From Blasia pusilla (taxonomy: Eukaryota), in the NCBI GenBank assembly GCA_050084515.1, contig CM114271.1, positions 23,064,001-23,128,000 on the forward strand: a DNA stretch of 64,000 bases, read 5' to 3'. Below are positions 1 through 12,640 of the stretch, one piece after another (the first letter of the stretch is position 1; every line of letters starts with the position of its first letter). The translations under genes and the position numbers were made by a program. The notes beneath the pieces were generated by a model that saw nothing but the letters and a program-made list of their open reading frames with translations, searched no databases and was not told the origin of the DNA.

Positions 1-427
1 GTCTGGGGCGAATCCTCACCACGATCTTATATAGTTTGATATACTATGTGGTATTCGCTCCACGCAAGGATATCTATATCCGGAATGGACAACGCTCCAT
101 ATCGACTCTTGTCAAGCCCAATCCTTTGAATGACGGTTCCCCAACATCAGGGGTTGCGCTCTTGAATCCAACAAGACGCGCTGCAGACTAAAAGCTCTTC
201 CTCCGAGACTCACCAATTGGAAGACCTCTCCCTCGTTATCCACCAACACAACACCAAGAGAAGCCATGGCACGCTCTATGGCGGGTCTAGCAAGCATCTC
301 TGCCATCCTAGCAACCGTAGCGTGCCATGAATATGACGTGGACGGCCCGAGCATCCGCTCCAAGGGCAGGTCCATCACCTCCTTTGCAGTCACCTATGAA
401 CGTGATGTAGGAACTCCAACTCCACAC
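1..427 (-). mobile_element. Degenerate Ty3/Gypsy fragment (protease region); left half of the element interrupted by the MULE
   Basis: ORF 112-393 (EVMDLPLERMLGP...RVLLDSRAQPLMLG) matches the + strand copy at ~27240-27510. The sequence resumes at 19993 after the 9-bp TSD. Confidence 0.85.
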
Positions 428-458
428 GGGGGCTAGTATTCTGGCAGGAGAGAGTAAG

Positions 459-488
459 AGAGGAGAGGAAGAGAGGAAGAGAGGAGAG
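459..488 (+). repeat. Left subterminal inverted repeat of the MULE (AGAGGAGAGGAAGAGAGGAAGAGAGGAGAG)
   Basis: Reverse complement of 19943-19972. Confidence 0.8.
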
Positions 489-2042
489 TCTCTCTTAAAA
501 AAAAAGGGCCAAATCCGCCTCCTCTCTTCAAAACTTTTTGACATATTTGAAATTTTTGTTTGCTTTCAAATTCAGGAAATCTTTAGAAGAGAGTATTTAG
601 TGGTCCACATTTGGCCCTAAAAACCTCCTCTTTCTGGGGCGAAAAAAAAGGAGACATCATAAGACCACCCTAAACATTTTTCCATCACTCTCCATGTGAG
701 CCTAAGTTTCTTAACATTCCCTATCTCGGTCAACAAAAATCAGTGCCCTTGGTATTTTTGTTGGAGGACCACCCGGATGCCACCCTCTCTTTTTGCAAGG
801 ATTGTTGCCTGCATCATGGCCTCCCCTAAATTGCCCCATAACCAACTTTCTGTTGGTTATGAATGGTGTCTGCTCAAGACCAACTTTGTGAAATGTGAAC
901 ACATCAGATCCTAAGGCTGAGAAACCGAGAAGCTGCACCCCTCCCAACCTGTAAGAAAGCTCACTATAAGAAAGGAAAGATTTTTAGAAGTGATTTTCTT
1001 CCACCCTGCACCCACGACGATCTAACAGGTTGGGAATCCGAAATGGCAATCCGATAGGTAGTAGGAATCCTGCACATCTTAGACAAGAAAAGAAGCCTAC
1101 AACTGGTTTGACGAATGAATGGGAACGAGCCAAAAGTCAAGAAGCCTGCCACAATATGTCAGAAGTTGGTCTCACCGGGATAGAGTCCAATCACTCAAGC
1201 AGTGAACCTGTCGGAATCCGACAAGTTTCCTGGAAATGGTAAAAAAGTTGCAGTGGACAAAAAGCAAAAAGTTGCAACACGTCGGAATCATACGGGTTGC
1301 AGAATTGTAATTCTCAGTAGCTAAAAGAACACAATCCACAAGTCCAAAAAAATATTCCAGCAAACTTTTACAAACACCATTATGGGTTGAAAAAATCTTG
1401 TCCTTTATTACCTCCGAAGGAACCTCGGAAATGTACATTTCACCTAGTCTATGATTTCTTCAGCCTCGTCATCTACAAATTTACTCCTAACTCTCCTCGG
1501 TGACAGTACCAAAGGAATGTCTTGGGATACAAGTGGCTTCTCTGGCCGATTGTAGACGGGGATCGAAAATGTTGGCGAATTCGAGAGCCTTTCCCCCTAG
1601 GTACACCATAACGGTCCCATGTAACCTGTTTCGAGTCCCACCGCCTTCATTGGCAATATACCTTGTACGCTCTGCAATGTGACATCCATCAAGTATCAAT
1701 ATCTGCTCCGTCCCCGGTAATACCATTATGCCAATCGCACAGGTAGTAGGAATCCAACACGTCTGAGAGAAGAAAAGAAGCCTACGCTTGCCTTTACGAG
1801 TTGAGGGGAAGGTGCCAAGGGAAGAAGCCCGCCAGACTGCCTCTTAAGTTGGACCAACAGGGAAAGAGTCCGATCAGGCAACCTGTCGGAATCAGACAGG
1901 TTGCCTGGAAATGGTAAAAAAGGTGCAATGGTCAAAAAGTGAAAAAGTTGCAAGCAGGAGAAAACTAACGGTTGCAGTGGTCATAAAGTGAAAAGTTGCA
2001 AGCAGGAGAAATCCGACGGGTTGCAAAATAGAAGTCCGCGGA

Positions 2043-3045
2043 TGTCGCGCCCCTACTCTCGTTGAACGTCAATCTTTAGTGTTGCGGAAGCGTGCGTTCA
2101 GTAGGTCACGAACTCATCGTCGATCTGCAGCCAAACACGCACTCTCGTTAGTCGGGTCTGGGCGAACCGGCGTTCCAACCCACCGAGTCCTCGACTCGGC
2201 GTCTCATCAAGCTCAACCTTCCCTAGTTCCTAGCTTCCAACACATGGCAAGTCCTTCAAGACTTGGAACAGACTTCCTGGTTAGTCCAAGGATCTGAAAC
2301 GGCACTTGCACGCCTAGCGATCCCAACTGTTCAACGGTCCTCGTGTGAGTTCCGAACCGAGACCCAAGTAATTGAGTCGCGGCGTGAAATCCAAGAGGGA
2401 TGTCTAAAATCGCTTCAATGGACTTGGTGCAGGTTTTCCAACCCAACGCCCAAACTCGCGTTCCGTTCCATGCCCTTGAGCCGCCCCGCGGCGCCCAAAG
2501 TGGGGTTTGGATTCCAAGCACTCTCGGAGACCTTCCCCCTTACTAGTACTTCTGGGGTTCTCCAATAACCCCTCCCCTTCGGGAAAAGAGGGTCGGACCC
2601 TTCATTGTGGCCCTCAACCCGACTCCACTTACAGTCGTTTTCGGGTCGTATCTCGGCCTCTGCTTATGCATTTGCAGCGATCTTTGGTGCGTTTGGATCG
2701 GCTCTCTATAAGCTTTCCAACGCACCCTTATTTGCTCCAAACGCATCTCGGCGCTAAAAGTTATGGCCATAAATACAGTCGGAAACTCTCAAATGCTAGT
2801 GGCGTTCCTAATCCGGATCTTCCTTTTGGCAACCCACTCTCTAGACTCGACTTCTTTCAAGTCTCATTCCGCGTTTGGTCCTGGTTTCTCAGTCGCGACC
2901 ATAACACCTGAAACGCGATTCTTCGTTCGCGTCTCGTATCTTGTCTCCTCTTTGAGACAACTCCAACGCGCAAACCATCTTAGTGTGAGCCCGCTAATGT
3001 TCCGATGTTCCGCTTGGCACTTGTTTGGTCATGAGGGTCGCGACA
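2043..3045 (-). repeat. 3' LTR of the chromovirus
   Basis: Direct repeat of 8347-9349 with TG...CA ends; roughly 25-30 substitutions counted by eye. Confidence 0.97.
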
Positions 3046-3060
3046 CTCACCCCTCTTTTA
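3046..3060 (-). promoter_or_regulatory. Polypurine tract of the chromovirus
   Basis: Minus strand reads TAAAAGAGGGGTGAG immediately before the 3' LTR. Confidence 0.85.
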
Positions 3061-3736
3061 GAGGTTGATGCCCTCATCAACGCAAACTTTTATTATGTCA
3101 AGTCTCCTGGGCAGCCTACCCCTTTACATTGAATTGCGTTCTGGTGGCTAACCCGCAATTCCTCTTAGTCTCTAGTTGTCGCTTTGCCCCACTTAGAATT
3201 ATTAGCCTCTCATCTTCAATAAGCATGGACTAGTTCCAAGGAACTAACCTATCAAATAAGCTAACTAAGTGTGCAACCTTAGACTCTTTCGACTCATTAC
3301 TGTAAACATCATACCTGTTTACCTGGTCCACAAATCGTACTACTATTGGGTCGCTCTCGTATTCGACTTAGGCGCATCACTAAGTTTACTTATGTGGCCA
3401 CAAGTAAGATCACCCCAAGCCCCAAGACAGACTTCATCTGCCCCGCCGACGCTAGGGCGAGCCCGAGTGTAATCCAACACAAGGTCCTGTTCTAGGTGCT
3501 TATCCACATACGAGCTCTCACCTCAAATACTCCTTGTCTATCCTCTTGTTGTATATTCTAAGCCTATGATGAACGACTCATAGCCATGCACTACCACATA
3601 CAAATTGCAATCAACATTGGTATCGAATCTCCAAATCCATACACTCCTTTATTGCAACACTAGCATATTCTAGTTACAACGGCCTTCGGCCCAAGATTCC
3701 AGTGGTTACAAGTCATGTCTCTAGCTTCTCCTCGTA

Positions 3737-6700
3737 CTAACGTATGTGCTTCGCTTGTGTTCGCTTGAAGTCACGCAGCAACTCTTGCGCGTGTTCCAAA
3801 TCCGCCTCCGCAATCCAAGTCGCCTCCTTCACATGGTAGCCCTTCCATTTGACCAAGTATTCATACTTGTTGGCCCGACGCCTCGAACGTAAGATGGTCT
3901 CCACCTCGAACTCCGGCTCCTCATTTACGATGACCGGGTGCGGTCTCACCACTGTCTCCGCTTTCGAAACGCGTCCATTATCTTGAAGATATTTCTTCAA
4001 CAATGACACATGAAAGGTCGGGTGAATCTTGAACTCGTCCGGCAGCCTCAACGTATACACATCCTCAAACGGGTTTGCCACAATCAAATACGGTCCAACA
4101 TACTTGGCAAACAGCTTCGCAGACAACTCTTTCGGAAGAGTGAGATTCTTCACACTCAACCACACTTGTTCTCCAACTTGGAATCGCATTTTGGCGCCGA
4201 CTCTTGTTAGCATGCTTAACGCGTACCTCATTTGAGCCTTTGCAAGACTTAGCCTCGCGCTCTTCTCGTTGTCGCATCTCTACCAACAAACTTTCTGCCG
4301 TCGCTTGTCGTGTTCGTGCCAATGTAGTACCCTTCGAAAGGGCTAGATCAAGAGGCCCTTCTGGCTCTCGTCCATTTGCCAGGAGAAACGGAGATTCTCT
4401 AGTTGTAGAATGCTTGGTCGAGTTGTAGGAGTATTCCGCCATGCTCAGCCATCTGACCCAATCGCGTTGATCAAAGACGACATAATTCCTCAATCACCGA
4501 TTCACGATAGAGTTTACCTTTTTCATCGGTCCATCCGTCGTGGTGGAAAGCCGTCATCAAACTCAGCTTGGTCTTAAACCTTCGAACAAGTGCTTCCGAA
4601 AGCACGGTAAACTTTGATCCCGATCTGAAACAATGCTCCTCGGCAAACCATGAGCACGCCACCAGCTATCGAGGAATAGTTGCGCCGTCGTATACGCCGT
4701 TGCGGAATCCATCGTCGGCACGAATCTCGCCAACTTGCTAAACCGATCAACAATCACAAGTATAGCAAGGGTCCTTCGGGGATCGGCAAGGGATGCAGCA
4801 AGCCATGTTTCTTATCATAAGAGACCCTATTCGCTTGGCAGGTCACATAGGTCTTCACATATTGAGCAACATCCTCCTTCATGTTGGGCCAAAAGAACCG
4901 CTTCGACAGAACAGCTAGCGTAGATTTCTCTCCTTTATGTCCTGCTAAGGGCCCGTCGTGACATTCCGCTAACACCTTGGTTCGCATCCTGCCTTGCCCT
5001 ACATAGATCCTACTGCTTTTAGTAAACCTTAGTCAAACCTTCTGGCCACCTTCTCATGCTTCAACTTCCTTAGGTATTCCCCGCTTGAGCATCCTTCATA
5101 TATCCTTCACGAATCCTTCTCTCAGATCTGTTTCCTTAGGGAACATTGCTCTCAAGACTGTGTCGTCGATGGCATGTGTTCCTCCTTGCGACTTAACGCA
5201 TCTGGAATCACATTGTCTTTACCTGGCTTGTGGATCAACTCTACATCCATCAGCGCCAAGGTATCATGCCACCGCAGTTGTTTCGGCGTCACTCGATCCT
5301 GGGTCTCAAAATACTTGAGTGATATATTATCGGTGAATACTCGAGTCCTGTGGAGCCCTAGATAATGCCGCCACTTCCTCAAGCAATGTACCACCGCGAA
5401 CAACTCTTTCTTGTGAGTAGGCCATCTCCTTTCATTGTCGCTAAGCTTCTTGCTCTCATATGCTACCGGTCTCCCTTCTTGCACCAACATTCCTGCAACC
5501 GCAAAATCACTAGCATCGGTACGCACTTCGAACGGTTTGTCAAACTCCGGCAGCTTTAACACTGGTTCATGCGATAGAATCTGCTTCACTCGGTTGAATG
5601 CCTCATTAACTTCCTGGGTCCAAGTCGTGTTGGCAAACTTTTCCGTCCAATCCGTGAGAGGTCTCACAATTCCCGAAAAGTTTTTCACATAAGTACGATA
5701 AAATTGCACCGCACCTATGAACCTCCTCATCCCCTTTACAGTGGATGGGGGTTCCCGCGCGGAAATCGCCTTTACCTTTTCCATGTCTGGAGTGACGCCA
5801 TCTGCATTGACCGCGTGACCCAAGAATTTGATCTTACTCAAACCAAATTCGCTCTTCTCTACATTCGCATACAGTTGATTTGCCCTTAGCTTAGACAAGA
5901 CCGCTCTCACATGTCGAATGTGCTCCTCTAGTGACTTCGAATAGATAAGTATGTCATCGATATAGATGATAATATACTCATCCATTTCCTTGTGAAAAAT
6001 GGAGTTCATCAATGTGGTGAAAGTCGGAGGCGCGTTACATAGACCGAAAGGCATCACTACAAACTCAAAGGAACCGTATCTCATCCTGCACGCAGTCTTC
6101 TCCACATCTGCCTCGGCAATCCGAATCTGGTAATATCCTAACTTCAAGTCAATCCTACTAAAATATCTCGCGCTTTGCCACCTATCAAAGAGATCATCTA
6201 TCCTTGGAAGAGGATAATTGTTCGAACCGTCACTTTGTTGGTCTTGCGGTAATCAACACACACCTCATCTTTCCATCCTTCTTCTTTACAAAGAGAACAG
6301 ATGCTCCATAAGGTGACTTGCTAGTCCTAATGTTAACCCTTTTCCAAGAGCTCACTTAATCGCTTTTTCAACTCAAGAAGTTCCTCCCTGATTCAACCTA
6401 TATGGTGCTTTTGAAGGCGGTTGGGAACCGGTATGATCTCTATCTTATGATCTACGGCTCTATGCATGCGGCAATTCAGTCGGAAGCTCATTTGTGAAGA
6501 CATCCTCAAACTCCTTGACCACTTCCTTGAGTGGTTGGGATTCCCCTTGAAGCAGGCGTCTGATCTCTGCAGATATAACGCTTTGTAGCCTCCTCCACTT
6601 GTCTCATCAAGCAGAGAAATCCATCCTCCAACTCGGTCATGCTCCTCCTTGTGATCGAGTTCACCAACTCCATCTTCGTTGGAACCTCACGGACCAACCG

Positions 6701-8197
6701 CTTTTTGAATCGTTTGCCTTTTAGCAAGACGCTCAACCTCAATGGTCGGCGTCTTAACTCCACCTCATACGCATCTAGGAATGTATTCCCCAAAACTCCG
6801 TCAATGCCGTCCATTTCGCATATAGTGAAATTCTCCTTCAACTCGAATACCCCGCATCCTACTGTCAAACCCAAGACCAAATCAGAAGTCCGATGAGACT
6901 TGCCTCCTGCAAATCCCACTCGAATGGGCTCGTCTGCCTTAGAGGTAGACAACCCCAGTTCCTTCACGATTCTCAGGCTTAGGAAGGAAAGCGAAGCACC
7001 TGTATCCACGAGCAACAACACATCGCGATCAACAATCTTGGATCTTAGGTACACCAAATTGTGCGTCCTCTTGGTGACTTGAAGGGACGTCTCGATATCG
7101 CCCGCCAATAGATGCTTAGCAGAAAACGCAATCATACTCCCATTACTAACCTTCGGTTTCGAACACCCTTTCGACAGGTGCCCCGGTTCGCCACAGTTGT
7201 AGCATACGACCTTGCCGTTTCCTATCTTTGAGTGTTGTCCTCCTTTCGGCTTTGCATGAAGTTCCACTTGTTTTGCTGCCGGGGCAGACTACTCTCCTGG
7301 TTTGTGTTGGCCCCCACTCCAGCCTCTTTTGAACGCCTCCTTATTTTTTGACTTCTTCGAAAAAACTTTTGACTCGAAGGGTTTCTGGGTTTGGACCTCA
7401 TCGTCCCCAATCCGCTCCGCTAGCTTTAGAAGGTCCGCCCAGGTCTCTGGTAACGTCGGCATTCGGTAAAGGGCCTTTTCAGCGCTCGGCTTGAGTCCAC
7501 TAATGAAGATAGCCTTCTTCGCGTGCTCATCCATCTTCGGACTAGAAGTCAGTTTCGCACTAAACTCCCTCACATACGCGCTTAAGGAACCACTCTGCCG
7601 CATCCACACGCATTCCACCGTGTCACGAAACCCTTGATACTCCGGAGTGAACCAATCCCCAATCAACTCCTTGAACTCCTCCCAACTCAGAGGTGACCCG
7701 CCGCCCAGATATTCCTCTCGTTGAGCTGTCCACCATTGTAGAGCATGATCCTTCAGGAAAGTAACGGCTACCGTCACCTTGTCCTGCTCAGCAGCCCTCT
7801 ACGCCTCGAAGTACAGTTCCAGTTCCGTAAGGAAATCCTTCACTTTTCGCGAGCGCCCCACTCCCGTGAATGGCGTGGGCAGGTTCGTCTTGCCGAGCTT
7901 TTTGCCCGCACCCGGGTTTCGAGTGGCCTCTAACTCTGCAATCCGCTTGCTTTGCTGGGACATCTGCTCCACCAACACCTTCAACAAGTCCAACGTCTGG
8001 CTCGACTCCATCCTTTCCCCTGAGTTTGGGCCCACCGGCCCCGCGGAAGGAGTCGCCTCTGGGACGTCCTCACGACTGGCGTTCAGCTCTTCGGGAGTCT
8101 CCGTCTCCTCTATAGCCTCACGGTCCGGCATTGGTTCCTCTCTTGGTTCACGTCGCTTGATTCGGCGCTTCTTGGGTTGTTCTCCCTCGATCGCCAT
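3737..8197 (-). pseudogene. gag-pol of the chromovirus (frameshifted)
   Basis: Gag (7289-8197); CCHC knuckle CYNCGEPGHLSKGC and protease LLVDTGAS (6506-7267); RT YIDD and RNaseH TDAS (5152-6147); integrase HHCC and core (4065-4987); chromodomain FEVETILRSRRRANKYEYLVKWKGY (3737-4231). Confidence 0.95.
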
Positions 8198-8332
8198 TTA
8201 CAAGCCAACTCACTCAGATCTCCTCCTCGTTTCTTGCGTCCCTCCTCGAGCGTCCGAGTCGAGCCGCTACCTTGAAATTTCCCAAGCGTCCGGCTGATCC
8301 TACGACCCCAAGTTCTCGCTCACCAAGGATAA

Positions 8333-8344
8333 GCTCTAATACCA
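8333..8344 (-). promoter_or_regulatory. Primer binding site (tRNA-iMet type)
   Basis: Minus strand TGGTATTAGAGC, 2 nt after the 5' LTR; one mismatch to the canonical TGGTATCAGAGC. Confidence 0.85.
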
Positions 8345-8346
8345 CT

Positions 8347-9349
8347 TGTCGCGCCCCTACTCTCGTTGAGCTTCAATCTTTAGTGTTGCGGAAGCGTGCG
8401 TTCAGTAGGTCACGAACTCATCGCCGATCTGCAGCCAAACACGCACTCTTGTTAGTCGGGTCTGGGCGAACCGGCGTTCCAACCCACCGAGTCCTCGACT
8501 CGGCGTCTCATCAAGCTCAACCTTCCCTAGTTCCTAGCTTCCCACACATGGCAAGTCCTTCAAGAATTGGAACAGACTTCCTGGTTAGTCCAGGGATGTG
8601 AAACGGCACTTGCACGCCTAGCGATCCCAACTGTTCAACGGTCCTCGTGTGAGTTCCGAACCGAGACCCAAGTAATTGAGTCGCGGCGTGAAATCCAAGA
8701 GGGATGTCTAAAATCGCTTCAATGGACTTGGTGCAGGTTTTCCAACCCAACGCCCAAACTCGCGTTCCGTTCCATGCCCTTGAGCCGCCCCGCGGCGCCC
8801 AAAGTGGGGTTTGGGTTCCAAGCACTCTCGGAGACCTTCCCCCTTACTAGTACTTCTGGGGTTCTCCAATAACCCCTCCCCTTTGGGAAAAGAGGGTCGG
8901 ACCCTTCATTGTGGCCCTCAACCCGACTCCACTTACAGTCGTTTTCGGGTCGTATCTCCGCCGCTGCTTATGCATTTGCAGCGATCTTTAGTGCGTTTGG
9001 ACCGGCTCTCTATAAGCTTTCCAACGCACCCTTATTTGCTCCAAACGCATCTTGGCGCTAAAAGTTATGGCCATAAATAAAATCGGAAACTTTCAAACGC
9101 TAGTGGCGTTCCTAATCCGGATCTTCCTTTTGGCAACCCACTTCCTAGACTCGACTTCTTTCAAGTCTCATTCCGCGTTTGGTCCAGGTTTCTCAGTCGC
9201 GACCATAACACCTGAAACGCGACTCCTCGTTCGTGTCTCGTATCTTGTCTCCTCTTTGAGACAACTCCAACGCGCAAACCATCTTAGCGTGAGCCCGCTA
9301 ATGTTCCGATGTTCCGCTTGGCACTTGTTTGGTCATGAGGGTCGCGACA
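8347..9349 (-). repeat. 5' LTR of the chromovirus
   Basis: Direct repeat of 2043-3045, adjacent to the PBS. Confidence 0.97.
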
Positions 9350-10151
9350 GCGGAGTACATAGACGATCACATTCGAAAAGACAAAAAATGTTCAGCAAAC
9401 TTTTACAAGCACCACCATCGTTCAAAAAAATCTTCCGCTTTATATCATCCGAAAAAAGCTCGGAACTATACATTTGATCTATTCTATGAAATCTTTTGCC
9501 TCATCATCAAAAAACTCCGTACTCCAACGCTGCAGTCAAGCTGGGTCGTTGAGTTCTTTGAACTCACTCGTCATCGTCCGAGAGCTCTTGCAAAATTACT
9601 TTCGGCCTTGCCCTCCCGATTTTTGGAATCGTTGGAAGTGACGATGGAGTCACTACCAAGGGTGGCTCTGGAACCAGAGCTCTCGGCTTCGGTGGAGAGT
9701 TGTACACCCCAATGAGCCTTTTGTATTCTGCCTTTGCCTCCTTGCAAAGGTCAAACAGTTCCTGCCTTCCCTCGAGGCAGAGAATGTTCCTGCCACTCTG
9801 CCAGGCGCCTTTGATACTTGCCCCTGAAAGTCACACTAAGTCGAACACCAAGTCACCCGGCCTTGAGCAGAGCTCGATGAGCGTTTGCATTAGGGCTGGC
9901 GACTTTTCCCTTCCTCCCAGAAGTGGGGTACTGTCTTGCATGTAAATTCCCGGGGGGGAATTGTACAAACTATCTAAGTGCCCATCGAGCATGGATCCAC
10001 AGGATCCTAGATCTTGAACACCTGGAAATTGTGCTCGGGCCGAACAAAGCAGTACACGTAGGAGTGGTCCATCTGTAAATCAGCATGTTGGAAACAATGT
10101 CAGCAACAAAAGAAGTCGACTTGAGAACATTTTCAATTACTGACTTTGGAT

Positions 10152-10482
10152 CAACCTGTCGGAGTCCGACGGGTTGTTTTGTCCCGGACGAGCCCGTCAC
10201 CTTCCGACGGGTTGGTCAGGGACTAAAACAACCCGTCGGGCTCCTTTGTTTTTGTCCGTGAGCAACTCGTCGGAAGGCGATGAGTTGCTGACCTAGAGCA
10301 ACCCATGCTCGCCTGAGAGCAACCCGTCGCTATCAGACGGGTTGCATCAAAAACCAAAAGCAACTGGGAAAAACCAAAAGCAACTGCAACCCGTCGGAAA
10401 CCGACGGGTTGCTCTCAGCCAAGCATGGGCTGCTCTAAGCCAACAACCCGTCGCCTTCTGACGGGTTGCTCACAGACAAAAA
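10152..10482. repeat. Intronic array of 27-bp palindromes containing a ~98-bp inverted repeat
   Basis: About 7 copies of CAACCCGTCGGA-N-TCCGACGGGTTG variants; 10249-10346 is approximately the reverse complement of 10385-10482. Confidence 0.9.
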
Positions 10483-12640
10483 AAACGGAGATTGACACTC
10501 ATTATACTCACTCAACGGAGATGAACACTCATTATACACATCATTAAAATATAATTGAAATTATAGTACAGGAATTGAGCCTTACCCGAATCTGACTCAT
10601 CGCGGATAAGAGTGGGTACTTGTTTTTGATGATCCACGATTGCGCCGTCCTCCACTTTAGCGACCTCTTGACGCACTAGAGGTTGAAGAGCTCGTCCTCA
10701 CTCCCTCTAGTCAACACCAAGAAGCAACCCTTGTCACTCAGATAGGCGTCAGCAAAGGAGAACAATAGCACAATCTGGTCATAAGAGAGCGTCACATTCC
10801 ACTTAGGTATCTCATCCGACGGATTCTCGCCCCAAAGTCGCAACCCCGAGGGCAGATCGGCGATCAAGAGATCCACCGCAACCTCTTCGACCACTCCATT
10901 CACAGTCCAGGCAGCGTGCCGGTTTTGTTGGAGCTTCCGTCCCAGCGTTGTCAATTTTTCGATGGCTGGTGTCGACGCTTGAGAACTGAAGCTCTTCAGC
11001 TCATCCAGTAAAGGAGTGAATTGAAGGAGGACGCTTGTCCGGGTCGTTGTTTTTCTGTGTCTTCCCAAGGATGATGGACTGTATTCTCCTTGGGACAACC
11101 CGGGCACCTCTCGCTTCCGCTTCTCCCTAGTGTGCGGACGGCTTGTCGGGGTCTCTATGACCTCAGACTCTGGTGGGGTTTTTTTGCCGAGGACCTGGTC
11201 CGACCCTCTCTCCCCGCTCGCCCGGACGATTCCGCCTCTGGCCTTGAATCTTCAGCCTCTCTTTGGGAAGACTCGGCCTCTGAATTTTTCCCTCCCCTCG
11301 CCTTGCCTTTGAGACCCGCTGTGGATTTGTGTTTGGCTATGCGGACCTTGGAAGCCAACTCAGCTGTCTCGTGGGCCTGCTCTTCTGCATCTCCTCCGAA
11401 GAAGTCTTCAGGCTGGACGAAATTGGGGATGTCGTCTTGTCCTGAGGCCACTGCATCATGAAGCACTCGTAAATCCTTATCGGTAATGTCTTCAGGAACG
11501 TTGAAGTCGAGCCAAATGGGGCAATTCTCCACCTCCCAATCGGACATGTGCTGCCCCATCTCCATGTCGTATATGGAGAATGTCTCGCATCCGCATGAAG
11601 CCCACAATTTCAAGGCTTACCGGTAATTTTCCCACGCACTGCATTCTTACACTAGACGAGGTACCAAGACCATCCATTGGGCAGCTTTTAGTCGAACAGA
11701 ATCGGCCGTCGCTCTCGTAGATCTCGCTTCTTCTTCGCTTGATCCCGTTTCTTCCCTCTACTTCTTCGTCAAGCTCTTTCGAGGGAGGGCGCAAACCTTG
11801 AACATGGTCTTGAATCCTGGGTTTTTGGTTGGCTTGTCCCGGATGTCGTCGAGCCAAACCTTGAAATCTCCAGAACTTTCAAGGTTTGCTTCATCCGGGA
11901 TGGGCTCTAATCTTCTGAGCTCCGCTTGCAGACCATCCAGCACGGACTTCCCGATAACCCGCAACGCGTCCCAGAACGACCATTCGCGTAGCCAGTGCGA
12001 GATCACTAGATCGGACACACCCGGAGGATGGTGTGCCCCCCTCTTCTAGGCCTCTGAGCCCTCGAGACTGATTTTCATCAGTCGGATCCTCCTAAACTCG
12101 CTTATGCCGGACAACGCAAACCGATGCACGCGATCCAGGGACACTTTCTCTCCAATCCGACCATGCGGATCTTCATCCCTTTTCCGCTGGCGCTTGATAA
12201 TCGCCTTCAGCTCCTTGTAGAACTCCGGACCAAGTTCGGGGTTGAGAATGTTGATGTATCGTTGCATCTTGCTCGCCGTGTATTTCGTTCTTTCGCAGAA
12301 TCGCAGCGGCTTTGATGAATTTCGCGCTTCAGACGCAGATACCTTTCTCCCTCCGCTCGGCTCGGTCAGCGCTTTTCTTGGCCTGTATCTTTGACCAGCA
12401 AAGGATGGTTACAATCGCATCTTGGGAAATAAACTTATTTGCCCAAGTTTTCTTTTAATCTGAGCACCCTTTGCAAGCATCGATTGACAAGGGCACGCCC
12501 AAGAACCCTTGTACTCCCGGGTGCGTCGTAAGCACCTTCCTCACCCAATCGCAGTCCTGGATCCAATGGTGGGTGACATTTCCCTCCGATACAATCCTGC
12601 ACATCCAAACTCAACCCGTCAGGAAATTACATGGGTTCCT

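Larger units (their letters stand above)
2043..9349 (-). mobile_element. Structurally complete Ty3/Gypsy chromovirus LTR retrotransposon nested in the MULE
   Basis: Two 1003-bp LTRs with TGTCGCG...CGCGACA ends; TSD GCGGA at 2038-2042 and 9350-9354; PBS and PPT present; domain order gag-PR-RT-RH-IN-chromodomain. Confidence 0.97.

Noticed and set aside
2079-3068. ORFs within the LTR, repeated at 8272-9477
   Set aside because: They recur only because the LTRs are duplicated, and they show no recognisable protein motifs.
3064-3081. Hairpin GTTGATG-CCCT-CATCAAC as a terminator
   Set aside because: It lies next to the PPT of a retrotransposon in a eukaryotic context; it is not a bacterial terminator.
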